Source: Phycisphaeraceae bacterium
GTDB taxonomy: Bacteria > Planctomycetota > Phycisphaerae > Phycisphaerales > Phycisphaeraceae
Assembly: GCA_963674705.1 (NCBI GenBank)
Contig: OY771506.1
Span: 2,048,001-2,112,000, forward strand
Reading direction: 5' to 3'
DNA length: 64,000 bases
Shown here: positions 1 to 12,100 of the stretch, in pieces
How positions within the stretch are numbered: the stretch's first letter is position 1
How the letters are laid out: the number at the start of each line of letters is the position of its first letter
Translations under genes and position numbers: made by a program
Notes under the pieces: generated by a model
Told to the model about the DNA's origin: nothing
The model's database searches: none
What the model saw: only the letters and a program-made list of their open reading frames with translations

Positions 1-258
1 ACACGCCGGGGCACGACCGCCAGCGTCTGGCTTGGGATCGCATGTTCGTTTGTGTTCACATTCTGGACGGTGATTGCACAGTACTTCCCGCAGATCTTGC
101 CTAAGTTCCTGACGGTCCCATTTGATCTGTACTACACGGGACTGATCGGGCATGTCGTGATGTTCGTAGTGGCATATCTCAGCGGTGCCTTGATACCGAG
201 CAAACCGCGAGACCTAGCAACGCTGACCGTGTGGGATCAATGCAAAGCGGCAGAGTAG
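1..258 (+). CDS. 3' end of a membrane transporter, probably sodium:solute symporter family (partial, runs off the left edge)
   Basis: Frame 1 is open from base 1 (TRRGTTASVWLGIACSFVFTFW...) with two hydrophobic helices and a C-terminal LATLTVW tail resembling SSS-family ends. Confidence 0.5.
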   Translation, partial: TRRGTTASVWLGIACSFVFTFWTVIAQYFPQILPKFLTVPFDLYYTGLIGHVVMFVVAYLSGALIPSKPRDLATLTVWDQCKAAE

Positions 259-502
259 CACGACCTCTGACATATTTATCACAAAAATATCTGGAGTATG
301 ACGTATGTGCCGGCCCAGCGGCTTGTGACCTGCTCTGTAGAAAACCTCGGATGTTAGGCGCTTGTTCTAGTGAGTGCGCAACCGCGTAAGGGTTCAAAAC
401 ACAGCCGACGTAGAAGTGCATTGGCATCAATGGATTAACGGATGCATCTATCTTTGTTATCGGGATGAACCTGCAAAGCTTCGGTTGGGGAGAATAGCCG
501 GG

Positions 503-1569
503 ATGAGTTACTGCCCGTGGCTGTTCGTGTTGGTTGCGTTGTCGGGCTGGGTCAATCGGCACCAGCAGTCTGTGATTGACTACCTTAAAGAAGAGAACCG
601 GGTACTGCGTGAGCAGCTTGGTGAGAAGCGTCTGCGCTTCACCGATGACCAGCGGCGGAGGCTTGCAGCCAAAGCTAAGAGGTTGGGGCGCAAAGTATTG
701 CGAGAACTGGACACGCTCGTTACACCAGATACACTGCTGCGTTGGCACCGACGGTTGATCGCCATGAAGTACGATGGCAGCAAGAACCACGGACCCGGGC
801 GCCCGGGCGGATCCGGGCCTTGGTGGTGCGCATGGCGACGGAGAACAAGGACTGGGGCTACGACCGCATCGAAGGCGCACTATCAAACCTGGGCCATCGG
901 GTCAGTGACACTACGATCGGTCGGATTCTCAAGGCGCAGGGTATTGAGCCGGCGCCCAAGCGAAGCAAACGCGGAAGCTGGGAGACTTTCCTCAAGGCGC
1001 ACTGGGAACACCTCGCGGCAGCCGACTTCTTCACGGTGGAAGTTTGGACACTCGGTGGCCTGGTTCGTTATCACGTGCTGATCGTGATGGACCTGGCCAC
1101 ACGGCACGTTGAGGTGGCAGGTATCTGCCCGCAACCCGACGGCCCATGGATGATACAAGTCGCACGCAACCTCACGGATGGGATCGACGGATTCCTCCGG
1201 CATAAGCGATTTCTGATCCATGATCGGGACCCGGTCTTCACCCACGAGTTTCGCGAGACATTAGAGGGGTCGGGTGTGAACCCTGTCCGGCTCCCGCCAA
1301 GGAGCCCCAATCTGAACGCTTATTGCGAGCGCTTCATACGCTCCATCAAGGAAGAGTGCCTGGATCAGATGATCCCAATTGGCGAAGCCCATCTACGCCA
1401 TGCTGTTGATGAATACGTCGCCCACTATCACCGCGAACGCAATCACCAAGGGATGGGCAACCAGCTGCTCGATTCCGATCAGGTCAACCCATCATCCGGC
1501 CCGATCGAATGTCATGAACGCTTAGGCGGTATGTTGAAGTACTATCACCAAAGGAGCACAGCGGCATGA
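503..1569 (+). pseudogene. rve integrase-core transposase, frameshifted near 805
   Basis: The N-terminal part ([10 protein letters not shown]...[24 protein letters not shown]) is in the 374..1081 frame. The rest ([16 protein letters not shown]...AADFF...IHDRD...[19 protein letters not shown]) is in the 742..1569 frame. Confidence 0.85.
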
Positions 1570-1904
1570 CCATGGAGTTCTTGAATCGTGCGGCATTGGT
1601 GGTCAGGCCGAAGCAGCCCTACATCGATTGGGCGAATGCCTTTGATGATGGTGGGCCGCAGTACGATCCGGATCATCATCCAGCGAAGATCTTCCTGATC
1701 GATGAAGTGGCGGATACGCATGACATCAAGAAAGTCGTGCGCCGTCTATGGCCAGCGATCTTTGAAGAAGAACTCAACAGCTGGATGCGCGCCCCGGATG
1801 TCTGGCCGCCGCGGCGGACGTTGCAGGTCTTCCTCGAGTGGTTTGAGGTTGAAGTCTGCGACCTCGTCCTTGATCTGGGCAAGAAGGCAATCGATTACGA
1901 CTGA
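1566..1904 (+). CDS. Conserved small acidic hypothetical protein, passenger of element A
   Basis: 112 aa, ATGA-coupled to the transposase stop and inside the TIRs. A second degraded copy lies at 37395-37698. Confidence 0.75.
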   Translation: MTMEFLNRAALVVRPKQPYIDWANAFDDGGPQYDPDHHPAKIFLIDEVADTHDIKKVVRRLWPAIFEEELNSWMRAPDVWPPRRTLQVFLEWFEVEVCDLVLDLGKKAIDYD

Positions 1905-1959
1905 ATCAGCCAGTAGAAAAGGATGTCTATCTGTCGGCTGAGTTTTGAACCCTTACGCG

Positions 1960-2465
1960 ACACCCGCGTGCCCCACAACGCCTCGGTAATGTCCTCCACA
2001 CGACGCACACTCACTCCCGCCAGGTACATCTCGATCAACGCCTTCTCTACCGAGGACTCCCGACGCTTGTACCGCTCGATGATCTGTGTCTCGAACGGCA
2101 AACTCCGAAGCCGCGGCACCTTCAGCGTCACCTCGCCCGCCTTGGTCTGCAGCTTCCGGGGGTAGCTGCCCGCCCGTGTGTCTTTCCGAGCGTCCGTCCG
2201 CTCATACCGCCCGGCCCCGCACAACGCCTTGGCCTCTTCCTCCAGCAGCCCGTTGAGCGTCTGCTCGACACTCTCACGCACCACCCGGTCCACGTGTCCC
2301 CGCACCCGGGCCTCATTGATCTTGAACGCGTCTTTCATCCCGAGGCCCGTCGCTGTAATATCATCCGTCATGGCAGTTCTCCTGTGAATGGGGTTGTCTA
2401 ACACACCAACACCATCCGCTCGGAGGACTGCCTTTTCAAATTTGCGCATAATTCAGGACGTTATC
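1960..2465 (-). mobile_element. Truncated IS256-family element (left end plus 5' part of transposase)
   Basis: ORF from ATG 2371 has mutator-type motifs (RKLQTKAGEVTLKVPRLR, YLAGVSVRRVEDITEALWG) and is cut at WGTRVS exactly by the right TIR of element A. An IS256-like end GATAACGTCCTGAATTATGCGCA begins at 2465. Confidence 0.85.
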
Positions 2466-2692
2466 ACCGACCATTGAGCACGAGCCACGATCCGATCCCC
2501 ATCCGCGCGACCGAATCCCCGCCGCCGATCGGGGAGGTCGGGCCTGTCCATCGGCACGAGTTGTTGGCGGGCTGTTGAGTCATTACGAGCGAAAAGCAGC
2601 ATGAAATAAGGGAAAAACTGGCGGTGCCCAACATTTTGAACCGGCCCCGAGTGGTTGCAGCTTTTCGCCGAATCCGCAAATGGACCACTTCA
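2466..2692 (+). mobile_element. 3' remnant and right end of rve element 'B'
   Basis: Close nucleotide match to about 56245-56469: transposase tail ...HYERKAA* followed by the terminus ...TGGACCACTTCA (2681-2692). Confidence 0.85.
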
Positions 2693-2697
2693 CCACT

Positions 2698-3126
2698 TCA
2701 CTTAAGTCCCAATAGACTGCTGATGTCCCGCCAGAAAATCCAATCAGGAAAGGAAGCGTTTGCGTGAAAAGCCAAGAACACTTCGATTGCTTGGTCAATG
2801 GTAAACCATTCATTGCTCTTCAAAGCTACTTCGCTACCTGCAAACCGCAACTTTGTGTCATCGGGAAATGCTCTATTTTGTTTTTCTTGATAAGCCCGAA
2901 AATGGTAAAGTGGTTCAACCGTTCGTTTTTCAATCATGCAAGTTGCGCCTCCACCGGCGACTTGCACATAATTGCCGTGGTTATCTTCCAGTGCAGCAAA
3001 CTCATGCCGACCGGTCAACTTGAGTCTTCTTAGCGTTCGCTCAACTTCTTTAGCCGTTGGATTTGTAACCGCAGGTGCGGATTCCATTGTAAGGATCATG
3101 TAAGCCTCGATATGCCTATTTGACAT
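2698..3126 (-). CDS. Immunity protein, Imm1-like, cognate to the RHS nuclease toxin (likely start ATG 3099)
   Basis: Lies directly downstream of the toxin stop and is AT-richer. The C-terminal pattern EWFTIDQAIEVFLAF...FPDWIFW resembles the Imm1 family. GAGG lies just upstream of ATG 3099. Confidence 0.7.
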   Translation of the reverse strand: MSNRHIEAYMILTMESAPAVTNPTAKEVERTLRRLKLTGRHEFAALEDNHGNYVQVAGGGATCMIEKRTVEPLYHFRAYQEKQNRAFPDDTKLRFAGSEVALKSNEWFTIDQAIEVFLAFHANASFPDWIFWRDISSLLGLK

Positions 3127-6100
3127 AAATTGTCTGGACTCCGAATATTTTTTGACCGGCTAAGGGCCCATCACCCAAGATAACCGCATCACGCGTGTGT
3201 TGCACGTGTATGTCATTGAGTCGTTGCAGTGGTGTTTTCGACGCAGTTCCGCTTTTGACTTCAATCCCCCACAAACGTCCTTTCGAATCAAGAACGACAG
3301 CGTCATAGCGACGCGTGCTTACCAATCCGCGCACAGTTACCTGCTCACCTACAACATTGACACCTTGGTCTCGTAGTCCTTGGACGACAAGCTTCTCTCC
3401 GGGAGTTCCTGGAGGAGCCGCACCGCGAACACTAGCGAACTTTCCGTCTGGGGTTCGGATGCTTCCGTCGGGATACACGCGAGTGGTTTTCGCGGGTCTG
3501 ACACCTATTGACCCAGAGGTGTCAAGCGCATTGTCAACTTTAGTCCACTGGCCGTCAATTCTAGTGACGACATTGTCTACAGTCATCATATCATCTGTAA
3601 GCCTCAGGCCGTCATCAACCAAGCCGCTACCACGGAAGACCCATGCACCTATAGCCTCACCGCCCATTGTTTCGGTTGCCAATTGGAAGGCATCAACCTG
3701 TAAGCTTGCACTGAAGTATTTGTCTGTGATGCCATAATCCCCAGCCCAGTAACGGTTTTCAACAGTAGGCAATCCATAGCCCATCATTGCATTCATTTGT
3801 GCTTGAGATGAGCTATTGTTGGCGATTGTAGCCAGAAGGTTCCACGCACCTCTGCCGGTATTCTCGATGGCATTTCCTGCGCCCGCATAATAACTAATGC
3901 CGAGATCAAAATATGTATCAGAAAGCACAGGTATCGAAGATAAAGGATCCTGGAAGAACTCGTTATGTATATCGTAAAGATTTGATGGTAGTTCTCCTAC
4001 CAGCACTATGGAGTCAGCTATACGAGGAGATGCTACATAAACATTACTCATATAGGATTTGCTGGTGTATATATCTAGTGTCTGGTATCCAAATTCGTGG
4101 GCATATGGCTCTTGTGCAAGACTTGGAGAGGTCTGCATCAGGAAACCCGCTACTACTCCTCTAAGAACGGTTTCTCGTGTTACAGTGTAATCCTTGTAAT
4201 CCTTAGAATCCCAATCGTGACCAAAGTTTTTGAATAATGCTTCACTCGGCCTTGCATATTCGTCTTGTTTTTTCCAGTATTCCGGGGACTCACGTGCAGG
4301 ATCATTCAGTATGGCGTTGGCTAATCCGGCCCCTATCAATTTGCCACCAAAACCCGACGGATCCACATACATCAGTGGGTTATTCATGACGTACGCATAG
4401 AGGTTATACCCGTCCACATATCCCGCCGGATCGCGTTGCAGGAAGCGGCCGAGGGTGGAGGAGTACATGCGGTTACGGTAGTGCCACAGGCCTTCGGAGA
4501 CGACGGCGGTGTTGCCGGTGGGGTCGGTCTCAGGGTCGTAGCGTCTGCCGGTGAAGCCGTAGGGGTTGCCGACTATTGATATATTGGGTTGTGAGAGGCT
4601 GGTGCGTGTGGTCCAGCTTCCACCGTAGTTGATAAAGGCGGTCATCCCGCCGAAAGGCTGGTAGCGGGAGCGTTCGGTGACGTCGCCGGTCCAGCTTGCC
4701 AGGGCGACAACGGAGTACCGTCTGTCCTGGAAGTAGTAGAGCTTCTCATCGTAGACATGCTCTTCATTGATCAGGAATGCCGGCGAATCGACGTAGCTGT
4801 TGTATGCGTAGCTCTTGGCGTGGATGATCAAGGTTGGTAGACCAGTGCCGTCGGGGTCGTAGAGGTCCATCACAACACGGCTGCCGTCGTATACGTAGAA
4901 GTGCAGCGATCCGCTGGAGCCCTTACGCATCGCAACCCGTCGGTTCAACGCGTCGTAAGCGTATTCGGCCTGAAGCCTCCAAGTGCCGGCGCCCGCAGCG
5001 TCGTACTGCTCTGCCTTGACCAAGCGGTTGGCCCAGTCGTAGGTATACAACAGGTCATCGTTGGCGGGAGAAGACTGATTGGCACCGATATAGATCAGGT
5101 TACCACGGTCGTCGTAGTGGCGATTGGTACTGGGCGCACCGGCACCGATGGCGGTGTATTCGTTGTTGCCGCTGACCACGTAGTTTTCTACCGAGCCGTT
5201 CTGGTCAGTGTTAGACCAGTTGCCGACCTTGTCGTGGTCCCACTCTGTATCGTTCGAGGCGTTGGGTGTACCCGACGGGCCTTTACGGGTTAGCCGGTGT
5301 AGCTCGTCGTAGTCATAGTAGTCGGTGATGGGAGTGGAGCCGCCGATGTAGTCGGTGATGGCTTCGGTTTTGATGTTGCCGATGGCGTCGTAGGTGGTTA
5401 CCTGCCGGAAGGAATTGGTGGTTGGGTTGGCATTGCGATCGTATCGGCGCTCGGATTCACGGCCACGGGAATCGTAGGTGAGTTGGAGAGTGTGGCCGAG
5501 TGTATCCGAGCCAAGGACCTGTGACGTAAGTCGACCGGAGTTGTTATAGGTGTACCGGGTGTCGGTTACACCCATGGATTCGACCTTACTCAACAGTCCG
5601 CGCATGTTTTCCTTGTAGGTGATGGTGCGGCTGATCGTGGGGGTCTGTGGGGTATAGTCGGCGTAGAGGTCCTTGGTGATGATTCGGGAGTCGGGGCTTG
5701 TCCCGGCGGAGTATGTGGTCTTGACGGCGTGGGCCCGGGTGGTGCCGACGTAGCTGACTTCTTCGAATGTCCGGCCAGCGAAGTCGTAATCTAAGTCGAC
5801 GTTGTATGTAACAGGGGTGCTCAGACCGGCATTCGTGTCGCTGGCAGTAGTAATCCTGGACAGCTTGTCGTATTCGAACTCCTGAAGCGGGACCGCGATA
5901 CCGGTTGTATCCTCGACTGCTTCGACACGGTTAAGATTGTCGTAGGTCCGGGTGATTTCTGTGCCGTCACGAAGTGTTGTGATTTCGGCGTTACCGTTCA
6001 GGTCGTACCTGACGGTTTGCACTTCACGATTGCTCAAGTCGGAGGGGCCGTAGTCATAGGTATAGGTGACACGGTTGAGTTCGTCGTAGGTATAGCGGAC

Positions 6101-9100
6101 GGCTTCTTCATCGTCCTCGTCCGTGTCAATCGCTACACGGTATTCTCCGGCTTCGCTGATGTGGTTGCCATCGATGACGGCAAGCAGGTTGCCGTTGGGG
6201 TCGTAACGGAACTTGGTGATGGATTCTTCGGTTTCCCCCAGGGCTTCGATGGTCCGGACGACCCGGCCGTTGGCGTCGTAATCCTTCTGGGTGATATTGC
6301 CGTTGGCGTCCGTGACACGGGTCTGTCGGCCGTTGGCGTCGTACTCGAAGCGTGTGATCGCCTCGATCACCGAGCCGGGGGCCTCGATCAGACGAGTGAG
6401 TTGACCGCGTGCGTCATATTCGAAGACGGTGGGGGCGTCGTTGGGAGTATCTGACTTGATAATCAGGCCTCGACGATCGTATTTCCAAGAGGCGGTTTCG
6501 ATACCGCCCAACTCAGTCTTAATGCGTTGACCGGCGGCGTCGGCGTATGTGGTAGCGGTCACGCCGTATGGGTCTTCACTTGTGACGGTGTTGGTGTCAT
6601 CGTCGTAAGCGGTTGTACTTGTCAGGTTGGTTCCAGAAGGATCGCCGACGATGGTTTTGATGAGCCGATTTAATTCATCGTACTCGTAGGTGGTGGTAAA
6701 TTCATCGGACGTGTTAAGCGCGCGGACTTCCTGAATGACGTTCCCTACGGGGTCGTATTCATACTGCGTGGTGACTTCTTCGGATGTAGATTCGGCCTGG
6801 GTAACCGTCAGAGTCCGTCCGAGCACATCGTAGGTCATCCGGGTGATGATGCCTTTGGGGTCTTTGATGGACAGGGCGCGGCCAAGGCCGTCGTAGGCGG
6901 TGATAATCTCGGGTTCGGATTGGTTCTGGTCATCAAGCAACTTGACGTATTGCGTGACTTTGTAAGGCTCGCCGAAGTCATTATAAGTAGTATAGTTCTG
7001 CTCATTACTACGTGCGTCGACGGTTTGCGTCAGCCGACCATACCCGTCGTACTGTAACTCAACCGGGACAGTGAGGAGCCCTTCGTTATGAAGGGGGGTG
7101 TATTGTTCTACGACCTGGTTGTTCTCGTTGTATTCAAGTGTTGTTCGTTCGCCTAGCGGTGAGACAGAAGCGATTTGGTTACCGAATCCGTCGTACTCAT
7201 AAGTCGTTGTGTAGCCCAAGGCATCCCGTGTCGAGACTTGACGGCTCAATGCATCGTAGGAAGCGTAGGTGGTGAAGCCTTCCTCATCGGTAGCACTGAT
7301 TTGGTTGCCATTGCCGTCGTAGGTGAATGTGCGGGTGTGTCCTAAGGCATTGGTTGAGGCGATCAGTTCATTCCGCTTGTTGTATGCGAATTCGGTTTTC
7401 CTGGTGTAAGAATTCTCGAAGCCGTCGATCAGATACCGGGTCCTTACCAGGTTGCCCGCGGCATCATAATCCTTCACCGTTTTATGCACGGCCGATGATA
7501 CACCGTCCACATGATTGACAGTGATCGAAGAAGTCTTGATACGTCCTAAGGCGTCGTATGTGACCTCCGTGGTGCGGAAGTCGGATGCGGCGCTGGTCGG
7601 ATCCGTAGCATAACTCGCGAGTTTCGTATCTTTCAGGGTTGTCTTAATACGAAGGTTGCGGTCGTCATAGTCATAGTGGACGTGGCTCTCGGGCACGGTT
7701 TCCCATGCGGCAGGACCTGCGTCCGGGTCCCATGCGAACATCATCTCATCGGTGAGATTGCCGGCCTCATCGTAGGTGTAGGTAGTCCGGCTCAGGTAGT
7801 CTGAGGCAGATGGAGTACCTGTCGTTTGGTTGACAACGGTCGCACCCTTGATGCGTTCTTCCCGCAACCTACCGAGGGAGTCGTGCTCATACTCGATGGT
7901 GCGTATATTGTGTGAATTCGGGTCGTCGCTGTTACTGATAGTCTTGATCTTGCGGTTTAGCCGATTGTAGACATACTCGGTCGAGAGAGATTCCACAAAT
8001 ACAGGGGACTCGCTGGTGTTATTCTCGCCGTAGTATCCGATGGTTTCAAGAGTCAGGTTACCACGCTCGTCATATTCGAACTCGGTAGCACGCTGATCGC
8101 CCCATGTTTCCCACCGGCGGATAAGACCGTTAGCTTTGTCATAGGTGAAACGCGTGGTACGTTCTTCACCGTCAGCAATAGCGGTGGTTTCGGTGAGGTT
8201 GCCGGCGCCGTCGTATCGGTTGCGAACTTTGTCTCCCAATGCGTTGGTTGTCTGAATCAGACGATTCAGTTCATCGTACTTAAATGTTGTGGTGTTGCCA
8301 TTCGCATCGGTAGTTGCGATGCGGTCTCCCACGGCGTCATATTCATAACTTGTCACATGCCCGAGTGGGTCGGTCTGGGTTGCGATACGCTCGAAGTTCC
8401 GGCCGTAGAACGGCGTGGTATAGGTGATAGATGAGACCGCTTCAAGTGGATTCTTTGTTTTAACGAGTCTGCGATTCTCATCGTATTCGTTAATGGTCAC
8501 CCCGCCCGCGGCATCGACCAGCCGTGTTGGCTGACCGTAGGCATTCAGTTCGACCTGAGTGGTGTTGCCGTCCGGATCGGTTGTGGCGATTACACGTCCG
8601 AAGTCGTCGTATGTATAGTTTGTGAATCGTCCGAGTGGGTCTTTTGTGCGGACGTTATTCAGGCCGTGTATGTCGTAGAAGTATTCTGTAACGGCGTTAT
8701 CCAAGTCGCTGCCGGAACCGTCATACTGACGGATTTTCTCCGTAAGCATGATCAGATTCCCGTACTTGTCGTAGTCATATTCGGTAGTGTGCTTTTCGGA
8801 ATCTAGTGATGCACTAAAGTTGCCTGTAAATTGGAGTTCGCCATTGCCATTGAGTACCGGAACGCCGTCCGCATCGACGATTAATTCCTTGACGTATATA
8901 CCGATATGGCGTTTGTCAACCAGGATATCGATACCGGGGTCGCTGCTGTTGTACTCGAGATAGGTCTCCAAAACATCGATGTGGTAATCATCTCCCCCAT
9001 CATGCTCGATCTCGTCTACCTGGGTGTATTGATATTCCGGACGGTTCTCGTCGTTATAGATGGTTGCCTGGGTATCACCTTCAGGCGTGGTGAATGAAAT

Positions 9101-12100
9101 CAGATTGCGTTTATCATCGTATTGAAAGACAGTCCGGTTGCCGTTGCCGTCGGTCTGAGCAATCAGATTGTGCTGTTCATCATACTCACGGTACTCGATG
9201 GCTCCATCGCGCGTATTAGCGCGGATCATATCGCCGTTCTTATTCCAGAAGATCTTGCGGTAGAAACCGGCTTCGTTCCACGTTTCTGCATAACGGTTCA
9301 ACCAGCTGTATTGGAAGTAGAATGCATCGTTGTTGCTGTTGATGTGGTGAGATACCGTATCGTCCTTAAAGTAATAGATCTCCAAGTAATCCCCTGTCGG
9401 AAGGATCTGCTTGGACATGTTGTGGTTATTCAGGACATTGTCTTGATTCTTCAGGTACTCGTAGCGGTAGACATTGCCTTCGAGGTCCTTGAACCAGATC
9501 AGATCGTCGCCGTCGTAGCCGTATTGTGTTGACCGCCCGTTGTAATCAGTAACACGAATGACATGATCGTCGTCGTTGTATGTTAAGGTCAGGCTCCGGC
9601 CCAGTGGGTCGGTGATCCTTGTTATATTCAGATCTGTGTCGTATGTGAAGGTCAGGGTGTGATCTAGTGCGTCGGACTTCTCTTTCAGTTGTCCGTCGGC
9701 ATTGAACCGATAAACCCTGCCGTCGTTATGGTGAATGGCGTAGCCATTCGTGTATGTCGTATCGGGCTTGAGTTCGAAAGTCGAGCCTGGGGGGGCCTCA
9801 TATACACCACTGCCCTGATCTTCGAAACGATAGACCTTGCGACTCGCGTCCGAGTAGATAACGTGAGTGAGTTGGTTGTTTTCCGAATCCGTCAGGAAGG
9901 TCAATGTGTCTGCGTGGGACCATCCCCAGCCGAAGCCAAACGGGCCGTTATATAATATGGTACTGCCATACCGTCTGGTGACTTCCAGGGGCATGCCTCG
10001 GGATCGAATCATTAAATCGGCGGGTTCCTCAAGGTAAAATTCGCCGTTGAAAAGGTCGACGGGATCACCACCCGAGACGATTATCACATCGCGATTGGTG
10101 GTGTTGGATGTTTCGCTGGAGATATTCTGGATGTGAGTTGTGGTAGTACCGCTGGCGTTATCCTCTGTGACTGTCGACGCAGTGTAGTTTTTCTTCTGAA
10201 AGTCTGAAGATAAGTCAGGCGTCCCAAGGTTCGTATTGAGGGTAGTCGAGGAGGAGGTATTCAGGCGTGTAACGGTGTCATAGTCATACCAGGACCTACC
10301 GCCGTTGAACTGCCCGAAGAGCCAATTTGTTGATCCTTGTTCGGATTGGGTGATGCGAAGGTCGGATTCGACATACGGATTGCCTTCAGGGTCTTTATAC
10401 ACCACGAGGTCGGTGGGGGTCGTGGTGTTCACCCCGTCATAGCCGTGGAAAGTAAGGGAAATGGTGTCGACCCCAGTGGTGATTACGAAATCTCCAGAAG
10501 TACTTGCGTCGAGTAAGAGATTCCCATCGGCGTAACCCGCTTGGATTCCATCGATGGTGTCGTAGTAATCCTTTAACTCTTGAATGCGGTCCAGACTGAA
10601 GTCGACCTTGGCAACGAGCACGTCGCTGGTGATCGGATCGAATGCAACAAGTGCTGTATCGTTGTCGTACTTCCATTGCCCGGAGTCGAATACAACAGCA
10701 ATAAAGTGGTCGTTGTTGTTAGCGTTAGGCGGAGAGCTGTTAAAGCGTTCATGCACAGATTCGGCACTGTACATGATGTACCCCACCCCGGTAGCGGTGT
10801 CGCGTGCGGCGATAACGTTACTATGACTTAGTTTGTCCACACTGGTCGCAGTGGCAGTAACGTCGTTATAAATCTTTGCTTCAATTGCGAGCGCAGAATC
10901 AGTTTCGCCAGGGATAATACTCTGGATGTCAGCGAGTGATGTACCGCTGCCGATGGTTACTATATCGATGCCATCGCTAATAGCGGCAAACAGCCCTTCG
11001 ATCGTCCCAAGCGCAGGCGTCCCCTGCCAGTCTTCGAAGATAGCCGATTCATTGTACGATGCGGCGGTCCCCACAACAGTGCTTTGGAATAGAGCCAGTT
11101 CGTCACTGCCCTTGAAGATCTCCGGCGATGCGGCGTTACTCTTATAGACGTAACTGGACGCGAACAGTGCGTCGATCCGCCAGGCGGGGCTGACATGTCC
11201 AAAGCTCGCACTGTTGTACTGGCCGGTTGGAACACTATCTTCTTCATCCGGGTAGGTCCAGATCAATACCGCCATGCGATGTTCATTGAAGCCGGCATCA
11301 GGGAAAGTGTTGTTGACCGTCAGTTGGTAAGGCGAGTGATGAACGCGGTTAGTCCAAAGCAAGCTATCGAGCCGTCGTGCGTTGCGTTCGAATCGCTCGT
11401 TATAAGCCTCGGTCAGCAGGTCACTCACACGACCGAGGTATAGTTCGTATGTGTCTGGGCTGTTGTTGAAGGATAGTCGTGTTGCCAGCTCATCAAGCTC
11501 TTCTGCGACTTCATAGATTCGCTCGCGAGACGCGGCCAATGGATCGAGTGCGATGTTGACCAGGGCGTTAGGTCGTATGGATGGACGTTCTGTATAAGGG
11601 ACGGTGCCAAACCTGTAGCCGACGGTAAAGCTGTCGGAGAAAGTAACCGTCTCATCATAAGTTTTCTCTGCTGCTTCCAGGAAAGCGCCGGTACCAGAGT
11701 TCAGGATCTGGCCATCCAGTTTCAATCGTGGTGAGGCGGTGTTGTGTTCGGTGCTTTCAAGATCGGTATAGGTACCTGTATTGAAGTCAACAACTAAGCG
11801 TCGACCGGCGACCTGAGGGAGCATAACTCTGGTCTTAATCAGGTTGGCTTCTGCCAGGGTTGTATCTTTTGCATCCTTTACTTGAACGCCGTTTAAGGCT
11901 TTGTTGTAGACTCTAACATCATCGATTAGGCCCGAAAACCAGTTACCGCTACCGGTGGTTGTCGCGAAGGCGGTGCCGTTGAGTCGACCACCAAGGCCGC
12001 TCATAGTATCCGTGGTCCCATCAACACCTATCACATCTATCGGAAGAGTATTATGTGTATGGTGCACGCTTGCAACGGAATCTCCATCGAGTCTGATTCT

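Larger units (their letters stand above)
383..1959 (+). mobile_element. IS element 'A' (rve/DDE integrase-core type) with terminal inverted repeats and a passenger gene
   Basis: 27-bp inverted repeats with 1 mismatch: CGCGTAAGGGTTCAAAACACAGCCGAC (383-409) and GTCGGCTGAGTTTTGAACCCTTACGCG (1933-1959). They enclose a transposase and a 112-aa ORF. Confidence 0.85.
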
